A stretch of DNA of 63,639 nucleotides, filler included. It is 6 parts of 6 records of this genome, joined end to end, with 100 filler letters (N's around TTAATTAATTAA, not from the genome) between each part and the next. Parts side by side here need not be neighbours in the genome. Positions count along the whole stretch, not along the records: positions 1 to 9,348 come from SRR31156797_9372; positions 9,449 to 27,288 come from SRR31156797_9377; 4 more parts are not named here. One strand, 5' to 3'. Numbering within the stretch: the first letter of the stretch is position 1; every line of letters starts with the position of its first letter. Under the pieces are notes generated by a model, which saw only the letters and a list, made by a program, of their open reading frames with translations, had not been told where the DNA came from and did no database searches. Positions 1-9,508 of the stretch are shown piece after piece. The position numbers were made by a program, and so were the translations under genes.

Positions 1-75
1 GTCAGAAAAAGATGGTACTGGCAGGACATGGCTGATATAGATTATGTCCTGGACACCCTGGAGGTTGCGGAGTGA
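1..75 (+). CDS. 3' end of probable MotA/TolQ/ExbB proton-channel family protein (5'-truncated)
   Basis: Frame 1 reads VRKRWYWQDMADIDYVLDTLEVAE* (TGA 73-75) and overlaps the GTG of the DUF2149 gene. An RxRWYxxD tail directly upstream of DUF2149 is typical of the ExbB-like partner in cobN/hmu clusters. Confidence 0.55.
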   Translation, partial: VRKRWYWQDMADIDYVLDTLEVAE

Positions 76-437
76 AAAGGAGAAGATTCAGGCGAACAGG
101 ACTCATAAATAATGAGGATGAGCAAAATCCCCTCACAGGGGTTGCTAACCTTTTTGATATTGCCATGGTCTTCTCAGTTGCACTTCTGGTTGCACTTGTT
201 ATGTCATACCAGTTGCCGGAACTACTCAGTCCTACAGAGGACATTGTATTGGTCAAGAATCCGGGTGAGAAGGACATGAAAATTATTATCAAGGAAGAAG
301 GACAGCCAATTGAAGTCCTGAACATGACTGACCAGATTGGTGGTGGACAGGGAGAAGCACTTGGTACAGCCTACAAACTGGCCGACGGAAGAGTTGTTTA
401 TGTACCAGAGGATGAAGGTAACACCACCTCTGGATAA
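72..437 (+). CDS. DUF2149 family membrane protein (HmuV-like, ExbD-like topology)
   Basis: Basic N-terminus, NPLTGVANLFDIAMVFSVALL TM segment, KNPG and GxGxxLGTAYKLADGRVVYVPE motifs; adjacent to a cobN-like gene. Confidence 0.85.
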   Translation: MKRRRFRRTGLINNEDEQNPLTGVANLFDIAMVFSVALLVALVMSYQLPELLSPTEDIVLVKNPGEKDMKIIIKEEGQPIEVLNMTDQIGGGQGEALGTAYKLADGRVVYVPEDEGNTTSG

Positions 438-453
438 TTTTTTTATTTTTATG

Positions 454-475
454 AGCAAGTTATCTTGCTTTAAAT
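454..475 (+). promoter_or_regulatory. Palindrome AGCAAG-TTAT-CTTGCT abutting a TATA-like TTTAAAT
   Basis: Perfect 6-bp inverted repeat at 454-469 followed by TTTAAA(T) at 469-475, downstream of a T-rich tract after the DUF2149 stop. Could be a promoter/operator or part of a terminator. Confidence 0.3.
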
Positions 476-529
476 CAAGTTACATTGAGAGCGTGGTTGG
501 TGAATAGAAACGAAACAAAATGATGTGAA

Positions 530-592
530 GGACATTGCGGTACCGCCTGCAAGCATAGTAACCGGAATGCCCACACGTTATCGGGGGATAAC
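530..592 (+). promoter_or_regulatory. Conserved structured leader, copy 1 (stem-loop with GCCnnCAAGCAT loop plus GTTATC-GGGG-GATAAC hairpin abutting ATG)
   Basis: Stem 530-541/561-572 (10 of 12 pairs), loop motif GCCTGCAAGCAT at 545-556, and palindrome 577-592 directly before ATG 593. The same architecture recurs at 6932-7005. Confidence 0.65.
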
Positions 593-3500
593 ATGCAAAC
601 AAAAAGAGGATTGGCATTATTCATAAGCGTATTGTTGTTACTATCGCTAACAACAGTGGTATCGGCAGACGAAAATAATTACGAGATGGTAGCCAGTACA
701 AGCACCGGAACAGATGGCCTGTATGTTTTTGAAGACCTTCCTGATGGTGATTACAGCATTGTAGCTGTGAACTGGTCTGACAAAAAAATGTTATGGTACA
801 CAGGAATAAAGGACGTAACATTACGTGGCACAGATCTTGTGGACCAGAATGTAAAGGTGAACAGCACCACTGGCATTGCCGTCGATTTTATAAATGGATT
901 ATTTAATAGTTCATCCATTACAGGTATGACCTACATCATGAAAACAGACTACCCGAGAGAAAGTTCCATTGTATTGCTGGACCAGAAGACAAAGAAACTG
1001 ATCGCAAATACAAGCTCTGATGAAAATGGATTATACACTTTTGCTGACATTCCCGATGGAGACTACAGTATAGTAGCTTTGAACTATTCAACTGCAAAAG
1101 AAACATGGTACAAGGGAATTATCAATGTAACACTCACAGGCGCTGACATCGCTGACCAGAATATAAAGGTTAGTAGTTCCACAGACCTTGATGAGAATTA
1201 CATACTTGGACTGCTTAGCAGGTCATCAATAACAGGCATGACCTATGTAATGAAAACAGATTACCCAAGAGCAAGTACCGTAGTCCTTCAGGATCTGCAT
1301 ACAAAAGAACTGATCGCAAATACAAGCTCGGATGCCACAGGAATATACACATTTACTGATATTCCCGGTGGAGACTACAGTGTAGTTGCAGTGAACTATT
1401 CCACTGCAAAAGAAACATGGTACAAGGGTATTGTTAACGTAACACTTAATGGCACTGACCTTACGGATCAGAATATTAAGGTTAGCAGTTCCACGGATAT
1501 TGATGAAAATTACATACTGGGTCTGCTCAATAGTTCATCTATCTCAGGTATGACTTACGTGATGAAAACAGATTACCCCAGACAAAGTCTTGTTGTTTTG
1601 CTTCAGACATTGGGTGATGAGGGACACGTGGACCTGCCTTCCGATGAAGAAGATGATACCAGCACTGACGAACCAGCAGATGATACCGACGATTCCTCCG
1701 GGAATACAACAGATGACACTTCGTCAAGCACAGGTTCAGCTTATGAGTATTTCCTAAGCCTGACAACCGACGAGCTGGGTGAGTTTGTACTTGAAAATAT
1801 ACCCAGTGGTGAATACCAGATATCAGCTTTGAACTGGACTTCATCCATGGGCGGAATGTGGCTCACCAATGTAACAGAAGTCACAGTAGGGGGCGACATG
1901 TCCATAGATGTCGGCAATCTTACAGTGAGAAAAAACAGTGACGTAGATCATGAGGCAATCCTCTCAACAATGAATGAAACCTACATCTCAGGAAAGACCA
2001 TTGGTAAAAGAGGTGACAACAAGATTTCAGACCTTGTACTCACAAACCAGTTTGGGGAGTACGTTGCTGATACTACCTGTGACGGTGAAGGAGAATTCAT
2101 ATTTGATGGAATCAGGAATGGAGAGTACACCGTATCTGCTGTTAACTGGAGTTCATCCATGGGTGGAATGTGGCTTATCAATGTAACAGAAGTCACAGTG
2201 GAAAACGGCCTGCCAGTGGAAATTGGCAACCTTTCAGTGAGAAGTAATGATGACATTGACTCTGAGGCAATTCTCTCAATGATAAATGAGACTTACATTG
2301 CTGGCAAAACAATTGGAAAGAGAGGTGACAGCAAGATTTCTGATGTTGCTCTCACAAATCAGTTCGGAGAATACATTGCCAGCACCACAGTAAACATTGA
2401 CGGGGAATTCTTGTTTGAGGGAATAAGGAATGGTGAATACACAGTGTCTGCTGTTAACTGGAGTTCATCAATGGGGGGAATGTGGCTTACCAATGTAACA
2501 AAAGTCACAGTGGACAACGGGTTGCCCACAGAAATTGGCAACATGTCAATGAGAAGCAATAGTGACATCGATCAGGATGCAATCCTGTCAATGATGGATG
2601 TAACTTCCATTTCAGGAAAAACAATTGGAAAAAGGGGTGATAACAAAATCAGTGAGATAGTACTGATGAAAAAGCGTTCTGTTGCCACTTCAAATGAGCC
2701 TCACCTTAACGTTGCCTTTGTGACAGGTTATTCATCATACGAAAATGATTTTATAGCTCTTGAAGAGAGGATCGATAACAACAGTGCATTGAATATCGAC
2801 TTCAGTTACTATGTCACAACAAGTCTTCCTGATGATATCGACCTGAGCAATGAGGATATCATTTACGTTGTCATGGTCACCCAGAGTGCGGATATCCTTG
2901 AGGATGCAGTTCAGGAAGCCATTGATAATGGTGCCGTGGTAATAGGTTCCAACACCTATCTCCCGGAAAGTGATTACACAATTCCTGATGAGTTTGAAGA
3001 TCAGAGTGAATTCAAGACCTATCTTGCAAAATACTGGTCTGGAGGTTCTTCAGATGAATCGAATTTTGACAATCTGATATTCTACCTTGCGCAGGAATAC
3101 TACGGACGTAATGACCTCACAGTGGAGCAGCCAACAGGTCTTGAAAGTGCTATTTACCATCCTGCAATGACAACAATGCCTACGGAATACTTCACCGGCG
3201 ATGCTCATGAGTATTTCAGTTGGTATGCAAACAGGACAGACGGGTATGCATTTGATGCGGATGCCCCAACGGTTGGTATCACATATTATAAGTCCTACTA
3301 CCCTGACGATATGGACCCCATAGACAAGCTCATTGAAGGTTTTGAGGACAATGGAGTCAATGTTGTCACATGTTACGGAAATGCCAACAACTATCTTGAA
3401 GGCTACCTGAATCACAGTAGTGATACAAAGGTTGATGTTGTCGTTTCATTCCACTACCGTGGCAATTACTTCGATCTGGAGGAACTTGATGTTCCAGTGA

Positions 3501-6500
3501 TGAACGCTGTACTTAACGGTTACATGAACACAAGCGAATGGATCGAAACCACAACTCCTCTTCCAGTGACAAACATGCTCAGGATCTACGGTCCTGAAAC
3601 TGAAGGACTCATCGATCCGATTATGATCGGTGCAAAGGAGACAATCACTATTGACAACACCAGTGTGGAGAAATACATTGGTCACGATGAGCAAATTGAT
3701 TGGCTCGTTGAACGTGCTATTGCACAGGCAGAACTTGGAACAAATGAAGAAGTTGACAAGAAAGTTGCAATTATCTACTACAACCACGGTGGCGGTAAGG
3801 ACAATATCGGTGCATCATACCTTGAGGTTACACCAAGTATCGTTAACCTGCTTGAGGGAATGGCAGATGACGGATACGATGTTGACAGCAGCCTCTTACC
3901 CAACAAGACAGAACTTGTGGATCTCATGGTCTACCAGGGAAGGAATGTTGGTACTTGGGCACCGGGAGAACTCGAAGCTCTTGTTGAAACAGGTGAAGTG
4001 AAGCTGATCCCTGAAGTCACATACCTCTCATGGTTTAACGAACTTCCTGAAGAGAGAAGGGAAGAAGTAATCGGAACATGGGGAGAGGCTCCCGGTGAGA
4101 TCATGGTCCACACCGATACCAGTGGAGACAAGTTCATTGTCATACCTACAATCAGTGTCAGTGACAACGTGATACTTGCACCACAGCCCACAAGGGGATG
4201 GCTGCAGGATAGTGAAGTACTCTATCATGACACAGACCTGGCCCCACATCACCAGTACATCGCGTTCTATCTGTGGATGCAACACGAGTTTGATGCTGAT
4301 GTAATGGTGAATATGGGAAGGCACGGAACAGTTGAGTGGCTTCCAGGAAAGGACTTCGGTCTGCTCAGTGATGAATGGCCAGCCATTATGGTTGGTGACA
4401 TACCTGTTGTCTATCCGTATGTAATGGACGGAATGGGCGAAGGTATGCAGGCAAAACGCAGAGGTAACGCCATCATTATTGACCACCTGATACCACCTGT
4501 GGTTTCTGCCGGTCTTTATGGAAACTATAGTCTGCTTAGCAGCGAGATTACCTCCTACCAGACATCAGTTACTGAAGACCAATCCCTGAAAGAAGCACAT
4601 CTGCAGGAAATCGTTAATCTGACACTTGATCTTAACCTGGATGAACAGGTAAATGTAAGTCTGGCACAGGACAATGAGACTGTGGAAGAGTTCCTCGATG
4701 AACTTACAGATGTACTTGAGGATCTCAAGAGCCAGTCCATGCCTTACGGATTGCATATACTTGGAGAAGCACCACAAGGCGACTCTCTTGTCGGAATGGT
4801 AAACTCCATGCTTGGGGATGAGTTCTCAGAGCATGTGGAAACATACAATACCACAGACTCCGCAGCTACCGACCTGCTATCACTTGTGATACTGGACAAC
4901 GTGTCATCGTCCGAAGCACAGATGCAGGTACTTGGAACAAATGACACTGTCATAGATGCAGAACTCAGTACTGCCATCAATTATGCAGAATTACTTGGTG
5001 AAGCTGACAATGAGATAGAGCAGGTACTGGCAGCCATGAATGGTGAATTTATCAGTCCAAAGCTTGGTGGTGACCCGGTACTTAAGAGCGAAACACTTCC
5101 ATCAGGTTCTAATTTCTATGCATTCGATGAGCAGCTCATTCCTACAGAAGAAGCATGGGAACAAGGCAAAGCCCTTGTGGATGAATGGCTTTCTTCCTAC
5201 TACGAAGAGAACGGAGAATACCCAACAAAGGTAGGATATATTCTCTGGGCAGGAGAATCCACACGTCATGAGGGAGTAATGGAAGCACAGGTTCTCTATC
5301 TTATGGGAATTGAACCTGTGTGGAACAAGGACAACAATGAGGTTGAGGACGTACAGATCATAAATTCCAGTGAACTTGGAAGGCCTCGCATTGATGTAAT
5401 TGTCCAGATATCCGGATTGTACAGGGACACCTTCCCAATGAAGGTTGAGCTGATTGACAAAGCTGTAAGGCTTGCATATGCAGAAGGTGACACGGATGAA
5501 TATGAAAACTACGTGACACTGAACACCGATGCATTGCAGGCTACACTTAGTGAAACAATACAGGATGAGAACCTGTCACTTGACATTGCACAGTTCAGGA
5601 TATTCGGTCCGGCTGACGGAGCATATGGCACAGGCATGGCAAATGCTGTCAGTGCCAGTGAGACATGGGAGAATAATACTGAGCTGGCTGAACTCTATAT
5701 TGACAAGATGAGCTATGTTTACGGACAGAACATCTGGGGACAAAGCATAAGCGAATATATTGAACTTCAGACAAGTCAGGCTATTGACATTGACAGCACA
5801 GTTGTCTTTGAAAGTAATCTCAATGAAACACAGGCAATATTCCACAGCAGGAGCTCCAGTACATACGGTTCCCTTGATACTGATGATTTCTATCAGTATA
5901 TGGGAGGACTGTATAATGCTGTCACTTATGTTTCAGGAGAAACACCTGAAGCATATGTAGTGAACCTGCAGGATCTTAGTGACCTGGAAATACAGACGCT
6001 TTCAACTTTCATATCCAATGAGCTTTATGCAAGATATTTCAATCCATCCTGGATAAGTGGAATGCAGCTCCATGGTTACGAGGGTGCCAGGGAAATGGAA
6101 GGTTTCCTTGAGAATCTTTGGGGATGGGAATCGCTTAACCATGATCTTGTCAGTGATGATGTCTGGAACAGTGTCTATGACACCTATTTTGCAGACGCAG
6201 AACTTAGTGACTGGATGAAGGAGACTAATCCATATGCCTATCAGGCAATGGTTTCCAGAATGACAGAAACTGTCAGGAAAGGTAGCTGGGATGCTTCGGA
6301 TGAGGCACTCCAGACCCTTGTTGAAGAACAGATCAAATCTGTAAACGAGAACGGTGCTACCTGTTGTCACCACACATGTGGTAATTTCCTGAATCAGGCA
6401 TTTGTGGATGGAATTGCACAGGCACTGGTTGAAGCCGGTGAGATCAGCCAGTATGAGCTGGACTCATACAGGGAGATTATGGAAGAAGTCACAACTGCTA

Positions 6501-6838
6501 CGGAAATCCCTGCAACAACATCCACTAAATCCAGTTCATCTTCAAGTTCCAGCTCCAGCAACAGTGGGTCAGAGCTTAAGGTAGTTGACAAATCAGGCTC
6601 CGGGAACCAGACCACTGTAAGTGATGCTGGTGCCGGAGAAGATCTTGATACTGAAGCTTCACTGAAATCTCCTTCTGAGGATAGCTATGTGGAAGGTTAT
6701 GAAATGACAAAGGAGAATACAGAACAGAATGCAACAAGCGCAGGACCCTCAATTTCAGGGTCAGATATCCTTGCCTCGATTCTGGTACTTGCCGGAGTTG
6801 GAGTAATGTATCTTGGGTTTATGAGGAGGAAAAAATGA
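593..6838 (+). CDS. cobN: Secreted, C-terminally anchored CobN/HmuS-like chelatase with N-terminal beta-sandwich repeats (2081 aa)
   Basis: Signal peptide; KKVAIIYYNH, NIGASYL, PHHQYIAFYLW, GRHGTVEWLPGK, LGRPRIDV, SGLYRD, ARYFNPSWI-GM-HGYEGA and CCHHTC motifs; Ser/Thr linker, then TM helix and RRKK tail. Confidence 0.9.
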   Translation: MQTKRGLALFISVLLLLSLTTVVSADENNYEMVASTSTGTDGLYVFEDLPDGDYSIVAVNWSDKKMLWYTGIKDVTLRGTDLVDQNVKVNSTTGIAVDFINGLFNSSSITGMTYIMKTDYPRESSIVLLDQKTKKLIANTSSDENGLYTFADIPDGDYSIVALNYSTAKETWYKGIINVTLTGADIADQNIKVSSSTDLDENYILGLLSRSSITGMTYVMKTDYPRASTVVLQDLHTKELIANTSSDATGIYTFTDIPGGDYSVVAVNYSTAKETWYKGIVNVTLNGTDLTDQNIKVSSSTDIDENYILGLLNSSSISGMTYVMKTDYPRQSLVVLLQTLGDEGHVDLPSDEEDDTSTDEPADDTDDSSGNTTDDTSSSTGSAYEYFLSLTTDELGEFVLENIPSGEYQISALNWTSSMGGMWLTNVTEVTVGGDMSIDVGNLTVRKNSDVDHEAILSTMNETYISGKTIGKRGDNKISDLVLTNQFGEYVADTTCDGEGEFIFDGIRNGEYTVSAVNWSSSMGGMWLINVTEVTVENGLPVEIGNLSVRSNDDIDSEAILSMINETYIAGKTIGKRGDSKISDVALTNQFGEYIASTTVNIDGEFLFEGIRNGEYTVSAVNWSSSMGGMWLTNVTKVTVDNGLPTEIGNMSMRSNSDIDQDAILSMMDVTSISGKTIGKRGDNKISEIVLMKKRSVATSNEPHLNVAFVTGYSSYENDFIALEERIDNNSALNIDFSYYVTTSLPDDIDLSNEDIIYVVMVTQSADILEDAVQEAIDNGAVVIGSNTYLPESDYTIPDEFEDQSEFKTYLAKYWSGGSSDESNFDNLIFYLAQEYYGRNDLTVEQPTGLESAIYHPAMTTMPTEYFTGDAHEYFSWYANRTDGYAFDADAPTVGITYYKSYYPDDMDPIDKLIEGFEDNGVNVVTCYGNANNYLEGYLNHSSDTKVDVVVSFHYRGNYFDLEELDVPVMNAVLNGYMNTSEWIETTTPLPVTNMLRIYGPETEGLIDPIMIGAKETITIDNTSVEKYIGHDEQIDWLVERAIAQAELGTNEEVDKKVAIIYYNHGGGKDNIGASYLEVTPSIVNLLEGMADDGYDVDSSLLPNKTELVDLMVYQGRNVGTWAPGELEALVETGEVKLIPEVTYLSWFNELPEERREEVIGTWGEAPGEIMVHTDTSGDKFIVIPTISVSDNVILAPQPTRGWLQDSEVLYHDTDLAPHHQYIAFYLWMQHEFDADVMVNMGRHGTVEWLPGKDFGLLSDEWPAIMVGDIPVVYPYVMDGMGEGMQAKRRGNAIIIDHLIPPVVSAGLYGNYSLLSSEITSYQTSVTEDQSLKEAHLQEIVNLTLDLNLDEQVNVSLAQDNETVEEFLDELTDVLEDLKSQSMPYGLHILGEAPQGDSLVGMVNSMLGDEFSEHVETYNTTDSAATDLLSLVILDNVSSSEAQMQVLGTNDTVIDAELSTAINYAELLGEADNEIEQVLAAMNGEFISPKLGGDPVLKSETLPSGSNFYAFDEQLIPTEEAWEQGKALVDEWLSSYYEENGEYPTKVGYILWAGESTRHEGVMEAQVLYLMGIEPVWNKDNNEVEDVQIINSSELGRPRIDVIVQISGLYRDTFPMKVELIDKAVRLAYAEGDTDEYENYVTLNTDALQATLSETIQDENLSLDIAQFRIFGPADGAYGTGMANAVSASETWENNTELAELYIDKMSYVYGQNIWGQSISEYIELQTSQAIDIDSTVVFESNLNETQAIFHSRSSSTYGSLDTDDFYQYMGGLYNAVTYVSGETPEAYVVNLQDLSDLEIQTLSTFISNELYARYFNPSWISGMQLHGYEGAREMEGFLENLWGWESLNHDLVSDDVWNSVYDTYFADAELSDWMKETNPYAYQAMVSRMTETVRKGSWDASDEALQTLVEEQIKSVNENGATCCHHTCGNFLNQAFVDGIAQALVEAGEISQYELDSYREIMEEVTTATEIPATTSTKSSSSSSSSSSNSGSELKVVDKSGSGNQTTVSDAGAGEDLDTEASLKSPSEDSYVEGYEMTKENTEQNATSAGPSISGSDILASILVLAGVGVMYLGFMRRKK
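683..1606 (+). repeat. Intragenic repeat array A: three 312-nt (104-aa) carboxypeptidase-regulatory/Cna-B-like units
   Basis: MKTDYPR codons start at 938, 1250 and 1562 (period 312). Recurrent GLYTFxDIPxGDYSIVAxN and WYKG motifs. Confidence 0.9.
1741..2676 (+). repeat. Intragenic repeat array B: three 312-nt (104-aa) units with NW(S/T)SSMGGMWL motif
   Basis: NWxSSMGGMW codons start at 1832, 2144 and 2456 (period 312). GKTIGKRGD occurs three times. Confidence 0.9.
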
Positions 6839-6874
6839 AGATTCAGACTTAGACTCAGACTTAAACTTAAATTC
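6839..6874 (+). repeat. Degenerate hexamer tandem repeat (ARAYTY)x6
   Basis: AGATTC AGACTT AGACTC AGACTT AAACTT AAATTC immediately after the cobN stop codon. Confidence 0.8.
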
Positions 6875-6900
6875 AGGCACTTTTCTTTTTTTGTGCCTTT
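6875..6900 (+). terminator. Putative terminator: AGGCAC-(T-rich)-GTGCCT
   Basis: 6-bp inverted repeat enclosing TTTTCTTTTTTT downstream of the first cobN. Oligo-T tracts are typical archaeal termination signals. Confidence 0.45.
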
Positions 6901-6931
6901 AAAAAATATTGAATTGAAAAACAGATAAAAG

Positions 6932-7005
6932 TGTAGGTCGGCCACTCCCCAAAAAAGCCGCCAAGCATGAAAGGGGAGTGCCACTACAAGTTATCGGGGG
7001 ATAAC
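6932..7005 (+). promoter_or_regulatory. Conserved structured leader, copy 2
   Basis: Stem CACTCCCC 6943-6950/GGGGAGTG 6973-6980, outer TGTAG/CTACA, loop motif GCCGCCAAGCAT at 6957-6968, and identical GTTATCGGGGGATAAC at 6990-7005 before ATG 7006. Confidence 0.65.
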
Positions 7006-9348
7006 ATGCAAGCAAAAATTAGATCGATATTAGTATTAAGCATATTGTTGGTATCATTAACAAGTATAGCAGCAGCGGATGAAAATAAAGTAAATATAAT
7101 GTATATAGCATGGATGCCTGATCCGTCACTGGAAATGGCAAGCAGGAATGCATCTTTTGCAGAGGACATTAACTACACGTACATACCGTCCTTTAACACA
7201 ACAACATGGGCTGGACCCAGTGATGAACTCATTGAGGCTGCTGAAAATGGTCTGCTGGAAAGGCAAGACGTGATTTTCTGTGACATGCTCTCCGGCGCTG
7301 TTTACGACCCTATCAATGACTCATTTAAAGCCGCACATGACAGTGGAACATCACTTGTTGATATAAATTCCGCTAACACTCCATCCTACTTTGATTACAT
7401 AAGCGATGGAAATGACAATGAAACTATTGGCAACCTGTATGCTAATATGGGTACGGATACAGAAGCCGGCAGGGAAAATGCAGAGGAGCTTTTGAAACAC
7501 CTGTCTGTTGAATATGCTAACAGGGAAGATATCACTGATCTCTGGGTTGGCAAAATCAATATTCTCTACATTGCCTGGACCCCAAGCGAGGCACTGGAAC
7601 TTGCAAGCCAGATGAGTGAACATGCAGAGAATATTAAGTACACGTATCTGCCATCATACAACACAACAACCTGGGCAGGACCAAGTGATGAACTTATAGA
7701 AGCAGCGGAAAGCGGGTTGCTTGACGAACAGGATGTAATTTTCTGTGACATGCTTGCAGGAAGTATCTACGAACCACTTAACGACTCGTTCTATTCTGCA
7801 CATGAAAATGGAGCTTCACTGGTGGACATCCGTTCAGCTGCTACTCCGGAATATTTCGATTACGCATCTAACGGTTCAATAGATGACCCCATCTGCAACT
7901 ACTACAATGGCATGGGTATTGATACCGAAGTAGAAAGGAAGAATGCTGAGAACCTTTTGACATACCTTGCAAAGGAATATAGCAAGCATCCTGAAATTAC
8001 CGATAACTGGCAAACCATAAAGGTACTTTACATTGCATGGACACCAAGTGATGCCCTTGAAATTGCCAGTCAGACTAATTCGTATAGCCAGAATATCGAG
8101 TATACATACCTGCCTTCATACAACACCACGACATGGGCAGGACCAAGTGATGAACTGCTGACAGCTGCAGAAGGCGGGTTACTGGAAGAGCAGGATCTGA
8201 TATTTACTGACATGGTGACCGGCAGTATCTTTGAACCTATAGATCAGTTCTTCAGCAATGCACATGACAATGGCACAGTGCTTGTAGATATACGCTCGAC
8301 AGATACTCCTGAATATTTTGACCAGATCTACAATGGAAGCGAGAACAACACACTCTGCAACTATTATAATAACATGGGAACTGCAACCAGTGCCCAGCTA
8401 CTTAACGCAGAGAACCTTCTGATACACCTTGCAAAAATAGCTGATTCGGAGCTTACTGATGACTGGGAGTACGCTACCCTTGAAGCTCTTCCGCTACCAG
8501 ATGTTGGTCTTTACCACCCGGATTATGAAGGAAAATACTTTGAAAACACAGAAGAATACCTGGCGTGGTACTCCGATGACAGTGGAAACCATCGTGTATA
8601 CGATCCATCAAAACCGACAATAGGAATGTGGATGCATAGATCCGATGTTAAGGAAGGTCGTACTCAGGTCGCAGAAGCAATTCTAAAGGATATTGAATCA
8701 AAGGATTGCAATGTTATTCTGGGCTTTGATACGTTTGATGATATTGTAAAGTACTACTGTGACGAGAATAACCAGTCTCTGGTACAGTGTGTAATCTCAA
8801 TGAAGAGCTTCAGGCTGAACTATTTCGACAACGACAAAGGACTGCGCGAACTTGAAGCACTGGATGTTCCTGTCTTAAGGGGAATCGTGGTTGAAAAAAC
8901 AAACACCTACGACCCGGCTGACGCAAACAGGGGTATACCAAACGGACAGGTAGTACGCAAGACAATTGGTCCAAATGTCGACGGTATTTTTGAGTTTATA
9001 GTAGTAGGAGACAGCGTATATGACTCAGACTCACAAACAAGTGTACAATCAGCAAGAGACCCACAGGTTGACTGGATTGTCAACAGGTCAATAAACTGGG
9101 CTGAACTTAAGCTCAATGAGAACAAGGACAAGAAAGTAGCTGTAATTTACTACAACTATCCTTCAGGAAAGGACAACATCGGTGCAAGCTACCTCGACAC
9201 CATTTCCAGTATGAGGCTGATGCTTGACAAGATGAACGAGAGTGAATTCACAGTAACTGATATTCCTGAGAATAACAGCGTACTTCTTGAGAAACTATGG
9301 GCACAGGGCATCAATGCAGGTTCATGGGCACCTGGTGTTATGTACGAA
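7006..9348 (+). CDS. cobN: Second secreted CobN-like chelatase with triplicated N-terminal domain (3'-truncated at contig end)
   Basis: Start reassigned to ATG 7006 (same leader as 593; signal peptide MQAKIRSILVLSILLVSLTSIAAA). GLYHPD, KKVAVIYYNYP, DNIGASYLD and GINAGSWAPG motifs. Runs into the N spacer. Confidence 0.85.
7087..8466 (+). repeat. Intragenic array of three ~155-aa alpha/beta domains
   Basis: TTTWAGPSDEL codons at 7198, 7663 and 8125 (periods 465 and 462 nt). YIAW and QD(V/L)IF(C/T)DM motifs occur three times. Confidence 0.9.
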
Positions 9349-9448
9349 NNNNNNNNNNNNNNNNNNNNNNNNNNNNNNNNNNNNNNNNNNNNTTAATTAA
9401 TTAANNNNNNNNNNNNNNNNNNNNNNNNNNNNNNNNNNNNNNNNNNNN
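9349..9448. other. Artificial contig spacer
   Basis: N44-TTAATTAATTAA-N44, which gives stops in all six frames. Confidence 0.99.
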
Positions 9449-9508
9449 ATTGGTCATACGTAAACCAGGCTGATCGCGTGAAGCCCTGGTGCCCGACAAG
9501 CAGTTACC

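Noticed and set aside
480-592. Classical cobalamin riboswitch upstream of cobN
   Set aside because: No B12-box or recognisable core in the correct order, and the element is too short. Reported instead as an unclassified leader.
6839-6874. CRISPR-like array
   Set aside because: 6-nt units without spacers and no cas genes; it is a simple microsatellite.
6967-7005. ORF-track start of the second cobN at 6967
   Set aside because: ATG 7006 has the RBS and leader identical to the first gene and begins the signal peptide.
593-9348. Pyrrolysine or selenocysteine recoding in the methanogen-like contig
   Set aside because: Both cobN-like frames are open without internal TAG or TGA codons.
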